DNA from: Perna viridis
Taxonomy: Eukaryota
Direction of reading: 5' to 3'
NCBI GenBank assembly: GCA_037379345.1
Contig: CM074519.1
Span: forward strand, 40,964,851-41,028,850
Length of the DNA stretch: 64,000 nucleotides
In this document: positions 11,966-24,000 of the stretch, one piece after another
Layout of the letters: every line of letters begins with the position of its first letter
How positions within the stretch are numbered: position 1 is the first letter of the stretch
Notes under the pieces: model-generated
Databases searched by the model: none
What the model saw: only the letters and a program-made list of their open reading frames with translations
Told to the model about the DNA's origin: nothing
Position numbers and translations under genes: made by a program

Positions 11966-13678
11966 ATGGCGGATAGTCCTGTGGCTCATTCTAGTTCTCG
12001 TACTGGTGTTATTACTATATCTCAGTTTTCAAAAAAGGGGGAAAATATAGTATATGAGATATCAAACTTTAACTATATTTCTCAAGCTGAGATATCACAG
12101 TTGGTAAGTAGTCACAGTAGTGGATCACTTCATGAGAGATGCTTAAGTGAAGGTGCATTAAATATAACCAGTTCTGAGGTAAATACAGAGTCTAGTGATG
12201 TTAGACAAGAGAATATGAAGCTCAAACAGCAGTTATCAGATGTGAGTAATCAACTAGCACAGACAGAAGATAGTCTAGAACATGCTGAGAACGATGTAGC
12301 AGAGACAAAAAGAGAACTTTTTGACACTATGCAGAGTTAGTTGAAGGTTAAAAAAAATGTGTCAAATTATGAAAAGCTCTTGAATGATGCAAATGCGCAA
12401 AATTGGCATTTGAAACAAGACATTTAGAAGGTAAAAACTGAGAAAATCAGGTTGCGGTACGACATGAAAACAGATCTTGACCAGGTAAAGAATGAAAATG
12501 TCAAACTAGAATACGAGATGAAAAACAAAGATTCAGAGATACAACGTCTGACATTAGAGTTGAGAAATGTGTCAAGGGCAGGTAATTGGAGTTCCACTGA
12601 GAATAGTAACTCAGCATTACAGAGAAACGCTGGTGCACAGAGGGTAGATTATGGTCACGGAAATGAGTTTTATGATACTAGGGGTTACATTCAGACAGGT
12701 ATGGGTAACCATAGTAGCAGTATTAGCAGTTACGAAGCCTTCATCCTCACGGGATTCAGGTAGTGTTAGTCATTCAGAGGAACCCAAGTTCAGGCTGCCA
12801 TATTTTAATGGTAAAAGTGATTTCCAGAGTTTTTGGGCTATCTTTGAGACTGGAATAAAAAAGTTCAATTGGGACAATGACAAGCAATTAGAACATCTTA
12901 TGTGTAGCTTAAAAGATGAAGCTTTGGTATTTGTGACCAAATTGCCTGTACCTGTAAAAGGTAATATCAGAAACCTTTATACTGCACTGGACCAGAAATA
13001 TGGTGATTTTCTGTTACCTGAGCACTATCGGGAACAGTTAAATCAGATAAAAAAGAACAGTAAAGAAACCATGATTGAGTATGCAAACAGAGTAGAGGAG
13101 ATTGTGAATAAGGCATACCCAGAACTAAGTCCACCTCATTTAGTGACCACACTTACTATTGAGCACATTTTAAGAGGGTTGATAGATCAGAACCTATCAT
13201 ATGAGGTAAGAACAAAACAACCAAAGACGATTGATGAAACTTTGCAACTCATAACCTGGCATGAGTGTTGTAGAAATGGAAACAAACGCCAATTGAGTAT
13301 AAGCAAATAGAGGAAGATGACTGATGAAATTTGTAAGGTTGGTAATAGTAAGCAATTTGTCACAGAAGACAAATTCAAAGAGGTGAAGAATCAGATAAGC
13401 AATTTAACAGGTAAAATAAGTAAATTAGCTGCTACATTGCAACAAAATGTTGGTAACAGAGGTAATACAAAAGTCGTGAGGAAAAAAGGGCACGATATGC
13501 TGAAATTACTTGTTAAAATGCAATGAAAAGGGTCATACAAGCAGATTTTGTCGTCAAAACAAGGAGAAAAGAGGTAACTCAGGACAGAGTAATGATGATA
13601 AGAGAAATAGGATCGAAGAAAATTATGGTAAATGCAAAGGCAAGAATGTGAGTGCTGATGATAAGTCCTTAAACTAGT
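11966..13678 (+). pseudogene. gag: Gypsy gag, disrupted (coiled coil, capsid-like domain, CCHC knuckle)
   Basis: Coiled-coil ORF fragments, then KFRLPYFNGKSDFQSFWAIFE...LMCSLKDEAL capsid-like motif. A broken C-x2-CNEKGHTSRFC knuckle lies at ~13510-13552. Ends TTAAACTAG. Confidence 0.85.
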
Positions 13679-13828
13679 TGGGGCTAAGGCTGACGGCCAA
13701 GACTTGGCCCAGGTAACTATTGATGGAAATGAACCTCTGACACATGGCTTGGATAATTGTTCAAAGGTTGGTTTTCCACGTAGATACTCTCACTGTTCCT
13801 ACTGAGGAGGAAACATTCTAGTGTTGTA

Positions 13829-16800
13829 GTGAATGATAGTAGTAATTCAAAGCCTTCCGGGGTTTTGGAATTAGCTGATGAAAATCCTTGTAAATTTGTT
13901 GATTTTGATGGTGAACTGGGTGATGCAGATATTGTTATAGATAGAGTTAGAGAAATTACATTGAAGGTTCCTGTTGATGGTGCAGTGGTTAATGCTGTTG
14001 TCGATACAGGGGCAGAGGTGACTGTTATGAGCAAGTCTGCTTATTATCGAATTCCTGAGGTAAATCGTCCATGTCTTTATCAGGCTCGGAGAAACCTGGT
14101 TGTAGCAGAGGCTGGAAGGAAAATGAGTACTTCAGGTGTTGCTGATGTTTCAGTACAAATTTGTTCTTTACAATTTGATTAGTCATTTTTTGTTGCACCA
14201 ATAGGGGACGATATACTACTTGTTTGTGACGTTATTGATGACAAGGATATCACCATAAATACAAGGAGAGGTTTGCAGGTTGAAAGAGAATGGGTTAATT
14301 GTGATGTCACTCGTAGGGCTGATAAAGTTGCACGTGTACGTTTAAAGGAAACGGTGACTATTCCTCCTAACAGTGAAGTTATTCTACCAGGTCGTAGTGT
14401 TAACTCTGAAGTTATGGATACTAGATATTGTAGCATTGAGCCTCTATTTGAAGATGACATGAATTTGTTGGTTGCTAGATGTTTAGTAGACCCTTATCAG
14501 AAAACTGTACCAGTTCGCATTGTAAATCTTGAGAATACTCCTATCAAAATAAAGAAAAACTATTTGATTGGCGAGTTACATCCTGTAGTGCATTTTGAAA
14601 ATATTGATTCTGAGGTAAAGAATGAAACTTCAATGTATGATAATTCAATTGCTAATTCTATTAACCAACCGAATATATTTGATCCTTTTATTCCTGATGA
14701 TTGGAAGTGTAGTAAAATTTCTTCAGATTGTTTTGCTAATGAAAGAGATTTGGCCGAAGTTCCTAAAGTACCAGAACATTTTGTTGAGTCGTTTGATAAA
14801 AGTGCAGAGAAACTTGTTGATCAAAAACACAAGGTTAAGTTAGCTGAGGTTTTGTTGAATAATGCTAATGCCTTTGCTAAAACAAATTAGATCTTGGTTC
14901 TTGCTCAGTTATTTCACATAAAATTGATACCTCAGGGACAAGGCCTGTTAGACAGCCTTTAAGAAGGACACCTCGAGGTTTGGAAGGTGAGGAGGAAAAA
15001 TATTTGCAAGATCAAATTGCCAATGGAGTTGTTGTGCCATCTAAATCTAGTTGGGCCTCACCTATGTGCTTAGTTAGAAAAAAAGATATGTCAGTAAGGT
15101 GGTGTATAGATTATAGACGTCTTAATAATTGTACTATTAAAGATGCCTATCCCTTACCAAAAATTTTTATGTGCTTAGATTGTCTTGCTGATGCAAATGT
15201 TTTTTCTGTGATGGATTTACAGTCTGGCTATTGGCAACTTGAAGTGGCATCTGTAGATCGTCACAAAACGGCCTTTATTACAAAATATGGTCTGTTTGAA
15301 TACCCCAAAATGCCTTTTCGTCTTTGTAATGCCCCCTCAACCTTCCAAAGATATATGCAGTTAGTATTTAGAGGCATGCAATGGAAGACTCTTTTAATAT
15401 ATCTGGATGATATCATTTTATATAGTTCAAATCTTGATGAACATTTTGTCAAATTGATAGAAGTTCTGTCTCGCTTGAAAAATGCTGATTTGAAGCTTAA
15501 ACCATCCAAGTGTGAATTCATTAAAGATGAAGTTGTTTATTTGGGACACGTTGTTTGTAAAGAAGGTATTAAACCCAAACAAAAGATGATAGATTCTGTG
15601 AAAAATGGGAAAACACCTTGTTCAGTCAAGGAAGTTCAGAGATTTCTTGGGCTCTGTAACTATTACTGACAATTTGTATCAAAATTCAGTGAAGTCGCTT
15701 CTCCTCTTAGTTCACTGACAAAGAAAGATGTTCTATTTGAGTGGTCTAAAGCTTGTAATGAGTCCTTTCTGTTACTGAAAAAGGCATTATGTGAAGCTCC
15801 TATACTAGCATATCCTCTTTCTAAAGGGTTATTCATCTTAGCTACAGACGCTTCTAATGTAGGAATAGGCGCAGTCTTATCTCAAGTTCAAAATAACAAG
15901 GAAAAAGTAATTGCATTTGGCTCAAAGAAACTTGATAAGCCACAACAACGCTATCGCGTCATTAGACGTGAGCGTCTTGCTGTCATTACTTTCATTCACC
16001 AGTTTCGCCACTTTCTAATGGGGAGGAAATTTCTGTTACGAACAGATCATGGCTCTCTTTGTTGGCTATTTAGTTTTAAAAATCCACAAGGTCAATTAGC
16101 TAGGTGGATAGAGACTCTCTCACAATATAATGTGTAATATAAGATGCTGAAGAACCTCTTTGGAAACATCAAATCGAGGGAAAAGTTGATCCTCATTGCT
16201 CTTATTTTCAATCTCTAAATGATGAATGGTCAGATTTTAAAACTGATATTGATGACGTTGGAAATTTAGGTCATACCAGTGATATAATTCGAGTTGTAAC
16301 CAGGAGTCAAACATAAACTCGTCCTCAATGTAACTGGCTACAAGGTCATTCAGATGAGGAAGTTGAAATCTTTCAAAGGGAAGATGAAGTTTTGAAATAT
16401 GTCCATGAGTGGTTTGACAGTGGTCAGCCTAGCAGAGATGATGCTGCTGCATTTAGCCCCGCTGTTCGGAATTTATTGATTAAACTTTAATCATCTAGAG
16501 AAACAAAATGGTGTCATTTTCCAGAAGCGTTCTCTTTCAGACATTTCTGTACCTTCTTATCAGCTTTTGGTACCTAAAATATAAAGAAAGAGGTCATTAA
16601 AGATTGTCATGATGCTATGTGCGCGGCACATTTTGGAATTAGTAAAACTGTTTCAAAGACAAAAAGTCACTTTCATTGGTATAAAATGAGTGAAGATGTG
16701 AAATTACATATCAAAAGTTGTGATGTTTGCAACAGAGTTAAGTCATTTAATATAAAAACAAAGGCTGCCCTTCAAAAGTATTTAGTTGGTCATCCGATGG

Positions 16801-17659
16801 ATCGCATTGGGATTGATATCATTGGTCCTCTACCAAAAAGTCAAAGAAACAATAAATATATATTAGTGATCGGAGATCATTTTACTTGCTGGATGGAAGC
16901 GTACCTCCTTCCAAACCAACAAGGTGAAGTTGTTGCTGAGAAACTGGTCCATGAGTTCATATCTCGGTTTGGAACTTTTGAATTACATTCTGATAGAGGT
17001 ACTAATTTTTAGAGCAATCTTTTTGCTGAGATTTGCAAATTATTTGATATAAAGGAAACAAGAACTACATCTTATAGGCCTTGTTCTAATGGAATAATAG
17101 AAAAATTTAATGGGACCTTACAAAAAAGGATCCGTAGCTTTGTTGATAAGAATGTTCGTACCTGGGATTCTTATATTGGAATTCTTATGTCTGCTGATAG
17201 AAGCCTCCCACATCCAGCTACGGGGTTTTCTCCGAATATGCTTATGTTCGGTAGAGAGGTTTTGATGCCAAACCAGTTGATGTTTCCTCTGCCTAAGGGC
17301 CATTCAAATACTGATACTGATACTTACTGAGCTCATGTTACAGACAAATTGGAGGATGTCTACCATTTAGCTAGACAACACTTAAATTCGACTGCTGCGG
17401 TACAGAAATAGAATTATGATACTCCTCTTTCACAGACCCAATTTTCTAAGGGTTCCCTTGTCTATAAGTTCAACAGTTCTTCTAAGAAGCTGGAAGAAAA
17501 GTGGTCTGGTCCATATGTTGTTATTGATACTTTGGGTCCAGTTCTGTATAAGATTCAATTTAGACGGTTGATACTGTTCATCATGACAAATTGAAGTTGT
17601 TTCTATCAAACGATATTCCTTCTTGGGTCCAGGACGTCCGAAAGAAGATTTTATATTAG
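13829..17659 (+). pseudogene. pol: Gypsy pol, disrupted (protease, RT, RNase H, integrase)
   Basis: Protease AVVDTGAEVTV; RT WCIDYRRLN..DAYPLP and YLDDII; RNase H TDASNVGIGAVLSQ (~15844); integrase H..AAHFG..C..C, GIDIIGPLP and HSDRGTNF. Multiple internal stops. Confidence 0.93.
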
Positions 17660-17731
17660 CTGATTTAAGTCAGGGGTACCTGCTGTCAGTATTTGTTCAT
17701 TTAAAAATAATTAAACTTACTGTTAGAAGTA

Positions 17732-18484
17732 ATGTCTGATGTGTACGTCTGTAATTGGAATGATTGCCTCGTGGAATTGAATAAGAGAGATATGGTTCAT
17801 CATGTACTGGTAACTCATGTGGAGGAGGAAAGAGTCCCTTATTACTGTACCCTGTGCCATTATAGAACTACAACTTTGAGATTGTTGGAGAGAGATGTGT
17901 CAACATATAGGAAGCATAAAGATGCCATTGCAGATTTGACAGATAAAGAACAAGATTTTTTGAAAGTATTCCTTATTCCGTATTTTGTTGTTCTCGGTAC
18001 AGACCGTTCTGTTGACGCCATTCTAAAATCAGCATTGCCAGAAGAAGCTAAAAGCGACTCTGAGGGTGAGGCGAAAGACAGCTCAGAATTCGAATTTCAG
18101 ATCCGGAAATTTAGCACAGAGTTCTCTTTTTCAACCATCGAATGCCAGACTGATGGAACATTTCAAAACTACAAAGAATTAAAAGCTGAAATGAATATAC
18201 TAAAGGGTTCACATCAGGCAGAGCTAACTAGATTTGCTGATTTTATAGCCGGAAATGAAACTACACTCAAGCATAGATCAGATGAAGTTAAATTTCTGAA
18301 GGAAGAACTTGTGAAAAAGGATGTCAAAGTCCGCGTTCTTGAAAGGAATGTGAGACACAAGGACAATGAAATCGAAATTTTGAGACGGAAACTTAGATTT
18401 TATGAGAATCAAGACTATCAATTATATAAGAACAATAAAAAATTTGATTCCGAAAGAGATGAACCAGAAAAAAAAAGAAGATGA
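17732..18484 (+). CDS. Gypsy accessory ORF3: tandem C2H2-type zinc fingers plus C-terminal coiled coil (250 aa)
   Basis: CNWNDC-x11-H-x4-H, then VPYYCTLC-x12-D-x6-H (second finger has Asp at the expected His). Heptad-rich EVKFLKEELVKKDVKVRVLERNV...EIEILRRKL. Lies between integrase and PPT. Confidence 0.75.
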   Translation: MSDVYVCNWNDCLVELNKRDMVHHVLVTHVEEERVPYYCTLCHYRTTTLRLLERDVSTYRKHKDAIADLTDKEQDFLKVFLIPYFVVLGTDRSVDAILKSALPEEAKSDSEGEAKDSSEFEFQIRKFSTEFSFSTIECQTDGTFQNYKELKAEMNILKGSHQAELTRFADFIAGNETTLKHRSDEVKFLKEELVKKDVKVRVLERNVRHKDNEIEILRRKLRFYENQDYQLYKNNKKFDSERDEPEKKRR

Positions 18485-18769
18485 AAAGCGTTGTCCAGAA
18501 ACTGTTTTAAGTTTATTTATATTTCTTGTGGATATTTGTAAACAATGTGTGTTGATATTGTTACCACAGTATTTTATATTGTACTATTTTTATTTTGAGC
18601 AAAATTTTGTTCATATAATTTAAGTCGATTATTTAAAGGTAACTACATCTTCGTAGGTACTTTAAGGGGGTGAATGCCTCAGCACTTACTTGGATATTTC
18701 ATTTGTTCTAAAGAAAAAAGATTACAATAAATTTTCATTATCGTTTCTTCAAAGAAATTTTTCCTTTTG

Positions 18770-18803
18770 AATTTCGAGGACGAAATTATTTTTTTTGAGG
18801 GGG
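18770..18803 (+). promoter_or_regulatory. Pre-PPT hairpin and polypurine tract of the Gypsy element
   Basis: AATTTCGAGGACGAAATT hairpin (18770-18787), a T-run, then GAGGGGG (18797-18803) immediately before the 3' LTR. Confidence 0.85.
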
Positions 18804-18804
18804 T

Positions 18805-19055
18805 TGTGAAATACGTTTTCACATATATTAATTATCCTGAAGTATGTTGGAAAGACAAAAATATACTTAGGGATAATGGTTTAGCATTGTCTTACCATTT
18901 TAGTTATTAATTATTATCATTTTAACAGAAGTCTGTCGCTGTTTTGACGTCTACATTTTCCGCCAAAGTAGAGTTATCGTTCTTTTGGCGTACATTAATT
19001 TTTATACAAAGACTGGCTAGATACGAGTTTAAATTCCGTGTTTTGAGTAAATTAG
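18805..19055 (+). repeat. Gypsy 3' LTR, truncated after ~250 bp
   Basis: Aligns to 10937-~11205 with substitutions and an ~18-bp indel. Similarity stops abruptly at ~19055. Confidence 0.9.
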
Positions 19056-19959
19056 TCTTGTTATAGAATATTGTTGTATATAGTTATGTTTTATTCATTC
19101 TGCATATTTGTCAGTGGCGTCAGGGTTGTGAACGTCTTTTATTCCGCGAAATTAGCGTATTGCGGGAAAATTCTGAGTTTCGATGATATATACCTAAGAA
19201 TATATACTATCTGGCGTTCATTGTTGTTGCTACCGGCTATTCAAAAAGAAATATGTTTTCTTTATCAACTTTTTAAGGGGGAAATTTATGGCCTTCGTTC
19301 AAAATTTTATTAGAAAATGTCATATGTTTTCAGCCGAGACTACCAGTATTAGATATAATTACTTTATCGCTTTAACTTATGTTTTTTACAATACAGATGA
19401 CCTTAAGGTCATCACTATCAATAAAGTCAAGTATCCCAAATATAAATTGATAGGTTGATTATTCATGGGTCAAATTAAGACTATAAGATTTTAGTATACA
19501 TACTTGAAGTGAATGTTTTGTGTTTTAACTTTGAATAAGTGTACCACTGGTAGCAGTAGCATCGATTTCATGCTATTTTTTCTCAAAATTTCAGGTAGGC
19601 GTACGCGCGGTGCGTCCGTCCTTGGATCCGCGCCAGCTTTCTTATCTTCTTATTCAGCGCGTTTTTGGCCGAGAATCGAACCTACCGATCTCAAGCATGC
19701 AACAGTGGAGTATAACATTCTTACTAGTACGTGGGCTGAGATAAGTACCTGTGCACCCCCACTCATCAACCAAAATATAATTTTCAGTTACCCTTATACT
19801 TCCCATTTACGAATCTTTTTGTCGCCAAAAAATAAACTGAAGCATTTTTGTAATTTTTGGCTACTTTTTATACCTCGTTAATGCAAAAATCTAGTTATTT
19901 GATTCTACGAACTTCTTCCTTCTACGGAAAGAAGTAAACTGACATATGTATATATCATA

Positions 19960-21150
19960 TATATCGTATATTCTCATGGGTAGGGAGTGGCAATTTTCCG
20001 TCTATTTGGACTATGCAATGTTCAAATATTGTTTACTTGGGCTTGTTAGAAAGCTAAGACACTATATAGTTGTATTTGCATATACAAAAGCTTGTTTGTT
20101 TGAAATTTAGGTGAAATTTAAGAAAATATGAAATTCCGAAAATTCCTCTTTTTATGAAAAAACTCATTATTGTCACTTTAAAACTGAAAAATACGCGCCT
20201 AAAATGAGAACATATGTTGAATGCATCGATAATTAAAAGAATAGTACCCAACATGTCTATTGTATACCGTTTATATGCCAAAAAATACATTTTAGTTCAT
20301 TTTTTTCATGATTAGGGGTGGCAATTTTCCATCTCACTTGACTTGGTCAAGTTCGAATATTTATTACTTGGGCTCATTTTAAATCTAAGACATTATATCA
20401 ATGAACCGTATCACACAAAAGCTTGTCTAAACTGTATTCTGAAAAGAGACTATACCGGGTGATATAGTAGAAAATTCTAAACTTCTGAAAATTCCCATTT
20501 TTCCGATCTTATAGCAATGTCACCCCAAAAGGAAAATCTAAGCGCCTGAATTAATCAAATATGTTAGGTACATCATTATCTTAATTATGAATACCTCAAA
20601 TATGAGTTCTACAATGTCAGTATGCTGTGAATGAGAATAATGTTTGATTCTGAGACCAGTTTCCTAGGGGTAGGGGTAATATTTGTAACATATTTTGAAA
20701 ATTATTTTTTCAAAATTAGTATTTCGGGTTTATTTATGTAGAAAATTAAATTATCTATTGAATGATACCAAAGTTTAGACGTTTTAGTTGAGCAATAACT
20801 TTAACAATATAATTTTTGTGACTTTTGACAAACAAATCAAAAATCCCATTTTTCGCATTGTTTTGGTGATAAATTCTGATTACGAAAATCGACAAAATTC
20901 ACCAAAAGAACCCCAGAAGTATGAATTGTGATAATACTAAACAGAAAATGCCACATAAGCCATTTTTACAGAAGCATAATTTGACATTGGAAAATATGTC
21001 AATTTCAGCGATTTTTCGATGGGGTAGGAGTAAATGTTTTCATTTAACCTTAAAACCCAAAGAGTTACTGCAACTTTCGTGGTACCATTGTAAAGCTGAG
21101 ACATTGGGCTACATGATGAGTTCTTGAGTTTTTTAGTGTGTTTACATATG
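19960..21150 (+). repeat. Dispersed repeat built of ~340-bp diverged subunits, copy A (probable non-autonomous DNA element)
   Basis: GGGTAGGG(G/A)T(GGC)AAT motif recurs at ~19978, 20310, 20667 and 21021. 20130-20900 aligns with 37410-38095. Confidence 0.7.
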
Positions 21151-21375
21151 CTATCCCAGAAATGCTAAGACGCTCAAGCAATTAATTCACAAAAATCTTG
21201 GTTTTAGGACCCATTGGGGTACAAATATAGGCGTATACTGAAAAAAGAATCCGAGAATATTCTTTGGCGACAAATTAATTCGGTAATTGGTGGGTTCACG
21301 GTGGACTCTCCCAGCCCATGGATTATACTCTATCCATGTACTTATAAAATTATAAAGACCCAAACAACCCTCCCT

Positions 21376-21437
21376 AAAAAAAAAACGAAACAAAACAAAA
21401 AACAAAAAACAAAAAAACAAAAACAAAAACAAAAACC
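21376..21437. repeat. A-rich simple repeat (A4-6C)n
   Basis: Direct reading. Confidence 0.9.
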
Positions 21438-21654
21438 ACACCGACGCATTTTTCATCTATCTCGAATTTTACTTAAAAAAGAGTTATAGATACAAGCTGT
21501 GACATTTCTAGAAAGGTTTCCTGAATTCAGAACTAATATGTACTGCCCATTTGTTTAAGAAGAATTGATTTCACTTACTGATTTTTCAAAAGCACATGTT
21601 GCAGACTCAATCCTTTTTAAAATTACATTACAAATTAAGTCTGTTACAAGTAAC

Positions 21655-24000
21655 GAATCATACAACGACAATGGACCATATGTCACTAATTCTTCCACGA
21701 CGATGGACCTAATGTCACTAATTCTACTACGACGATGGACCAAATGTCACTAATCATACTCCAACGATGGACAATGTATAACTTACCCTAATACCACGAC
21801 GGACAATATGTCACATATCCTACAATGATGATAGACAATATGTCACCTATCCTACTACGACGATGGATCTTATGACAGCAAACCTACTATCATGACAGTG
21901 GGCAAAATATGTTACTTATCTTACTACGACGATGGACAATATGTCACTTATTCTACTATACGACAATGGACCATATGTCACTAATTCTACTATACGACGA
22001 TGGACTATATGTCACTAATTAAAATATGACGATGGATCATATGTCACTTAACCAACTTCAACGATTGACCAATATCGTTAATCTTATTAGGGCGATGGAT
22101 AATATGTCATAAATTCTTCTCCATCGATTGACTAAATGTCCTACCAGAACGATGGATCAAATGTCACTAATCCTACTACGACGATTGTCAAAACATTACT
22201 AATCCTACTAGGACAATGGACCAAATGTCCTTAATCCTACTAGGACGATGGACCATAAGTTATTAATGCTACTAGGACGATGGACCAAAAGGCACCAATC
22301 AAACTACAAGGAAGGACCATATGTCACCAATCCTACTACGACGATGGACCAAATTTCACTAATCCTTCTACGACGATTGACCAAATATGTCAGCAATCAT
22401 ACTATAACGGTGGACCATATGTTACTAATCACACTATGATTTGAACTACATGTATATGTCATTTATCCAAATATGACGATGGACCATATGTCACTTATCC
22501 TTCTACGACGATTGACAAAATGTCACTAATCCTACTAGGATGATGGACCATATGTCACTAATCTTCCACGACGATGGACCAAATGTCATAAATCCTACTA
22601 CGACGATGGAAAATATGTCACTCATCCTATTATGACGATGAACAATATGTCACCTATCCTACAATGGTGATCAACAATGTTTCAAATTAAGCCGGTTACT
22701 AGTAAATAATCATACACCGACAATGGACTACATGTCACTAATACTGCCACGACGATGGACCAAATGTCACTAAATCTATTGATCTACTACGGCACTTGAC
22801 AAAACATCACTAATCTTATTACGACGATGGACCAAAGGTACTTAATACTACCAGGACGATGGACCATAAGTCATTAATCCTACTATACGACGATGGACCA
22901 TATATAACTAATCATAATATAATGATGGACCATATACCACTTATCCTACTACAACGATGGACCAAATGTCACTTTTTCCATTACGACGATGGACAATATG
23001 TCACCTAGCTTTCGACGACGATTGACTTTATGTCAATAATCCTACTCTGGCGAACGCTCCTATTGTGCATTTAAACGAACGCTTCTATCGTGCGTTAAAA
23101 CGAACGCTCCTAGCGTGCGTTTCAACGAACGCAAAACGATGTGTAAACGCACGATAAACGATGCATGGACGCTAAAATGGGAAACGTGAACGTCTCATGG
23201 AGTGTACCACCAATCTTACTACGAAAATGAACCGAATCTCATCTCGCCTACTACGACGATTGAACATATGCAACCTATCCTACAATGTCGATGGAAAAAA
23301 TGTCTCATATCCTACAATTATGATGGGCTATATGTCACCTATCTTACTACGACGATTGACCAAATGTCACTAATCCTATTAGGACGATGGTCTCTATATC
23401 ACTAATCCTTCTCCGACGATGAACAATATGTCACCGATCCTACAAAGATGATGGATAATATGTCCCTATAATCCTACTTTGACGATGGACGATATGTCAC
23501 CTATTCTACTATGATGAAGGAATAATATTTCACCTATTCTGCTATGATGATGGACACTATGTCACCTATCCTTCTATGATAATGAACAATATGTCACCTA
23601 TCCTACTATGACGATGGACAATAATTTACTTATCCTATTACGACGATGTATAATATTTCACCTAGTCTACCATGACGATTGAACATATGCCACCTATCTT
23701 AGTATGTCGATGGGGAATAGGTCACCTATCCCCAAATGATAATGGCAATATGCCACCTATCCTACTACGACAATCCACCTTATGCCACTAATCTTACTTT
23801 GACGAATGATCATATGTCACTAGTCCTTCTATAATGATGGACCATATGTCACTAACCTTTCTGTAACGATGGACCATATGTCACTAATCCTAAGACGATG
23901 GACCTTGTGTCACTTATCCTACTACAACGATGGACCAAATGTCACTAGTCCTATAACAATGGACCATATGCCATTTAACCTACTACGACGAAGAACCATA
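21655..24000. repeat. Degenerate satellite array, 32-bp monomer, ~65-70 copies
   Basis: Consensus CCTACTACGACGATGGACCATATGTCACTAAT. Interrupted by an unrelated insert at ~23048-23207. Confidence 0.93.

Larger units (their letters stand above)
10937..19055 (+). mobile_element. Decayed Ty3/Gypsy LTR retrotransposon (5' LTR-PBS-gag-pol-ORF3-PPT-truncated 3' LTR)
   Basis: LTRs begin TGTGAAATACGTTTTCAC at 10937 and 18805. PBS and PPT are present. Domain order PR-RT-RH-IN is diagnostic of Ty3/Gypsy. Many stops and frameshifts. Confidence 0.95.

Noticed and set aside
17732-18484. env gene
   Set aside because: There is no signal peptide, furin site/fusion peptide or TM anchor. The protein has zinc-finger and coiled-coil features instead.
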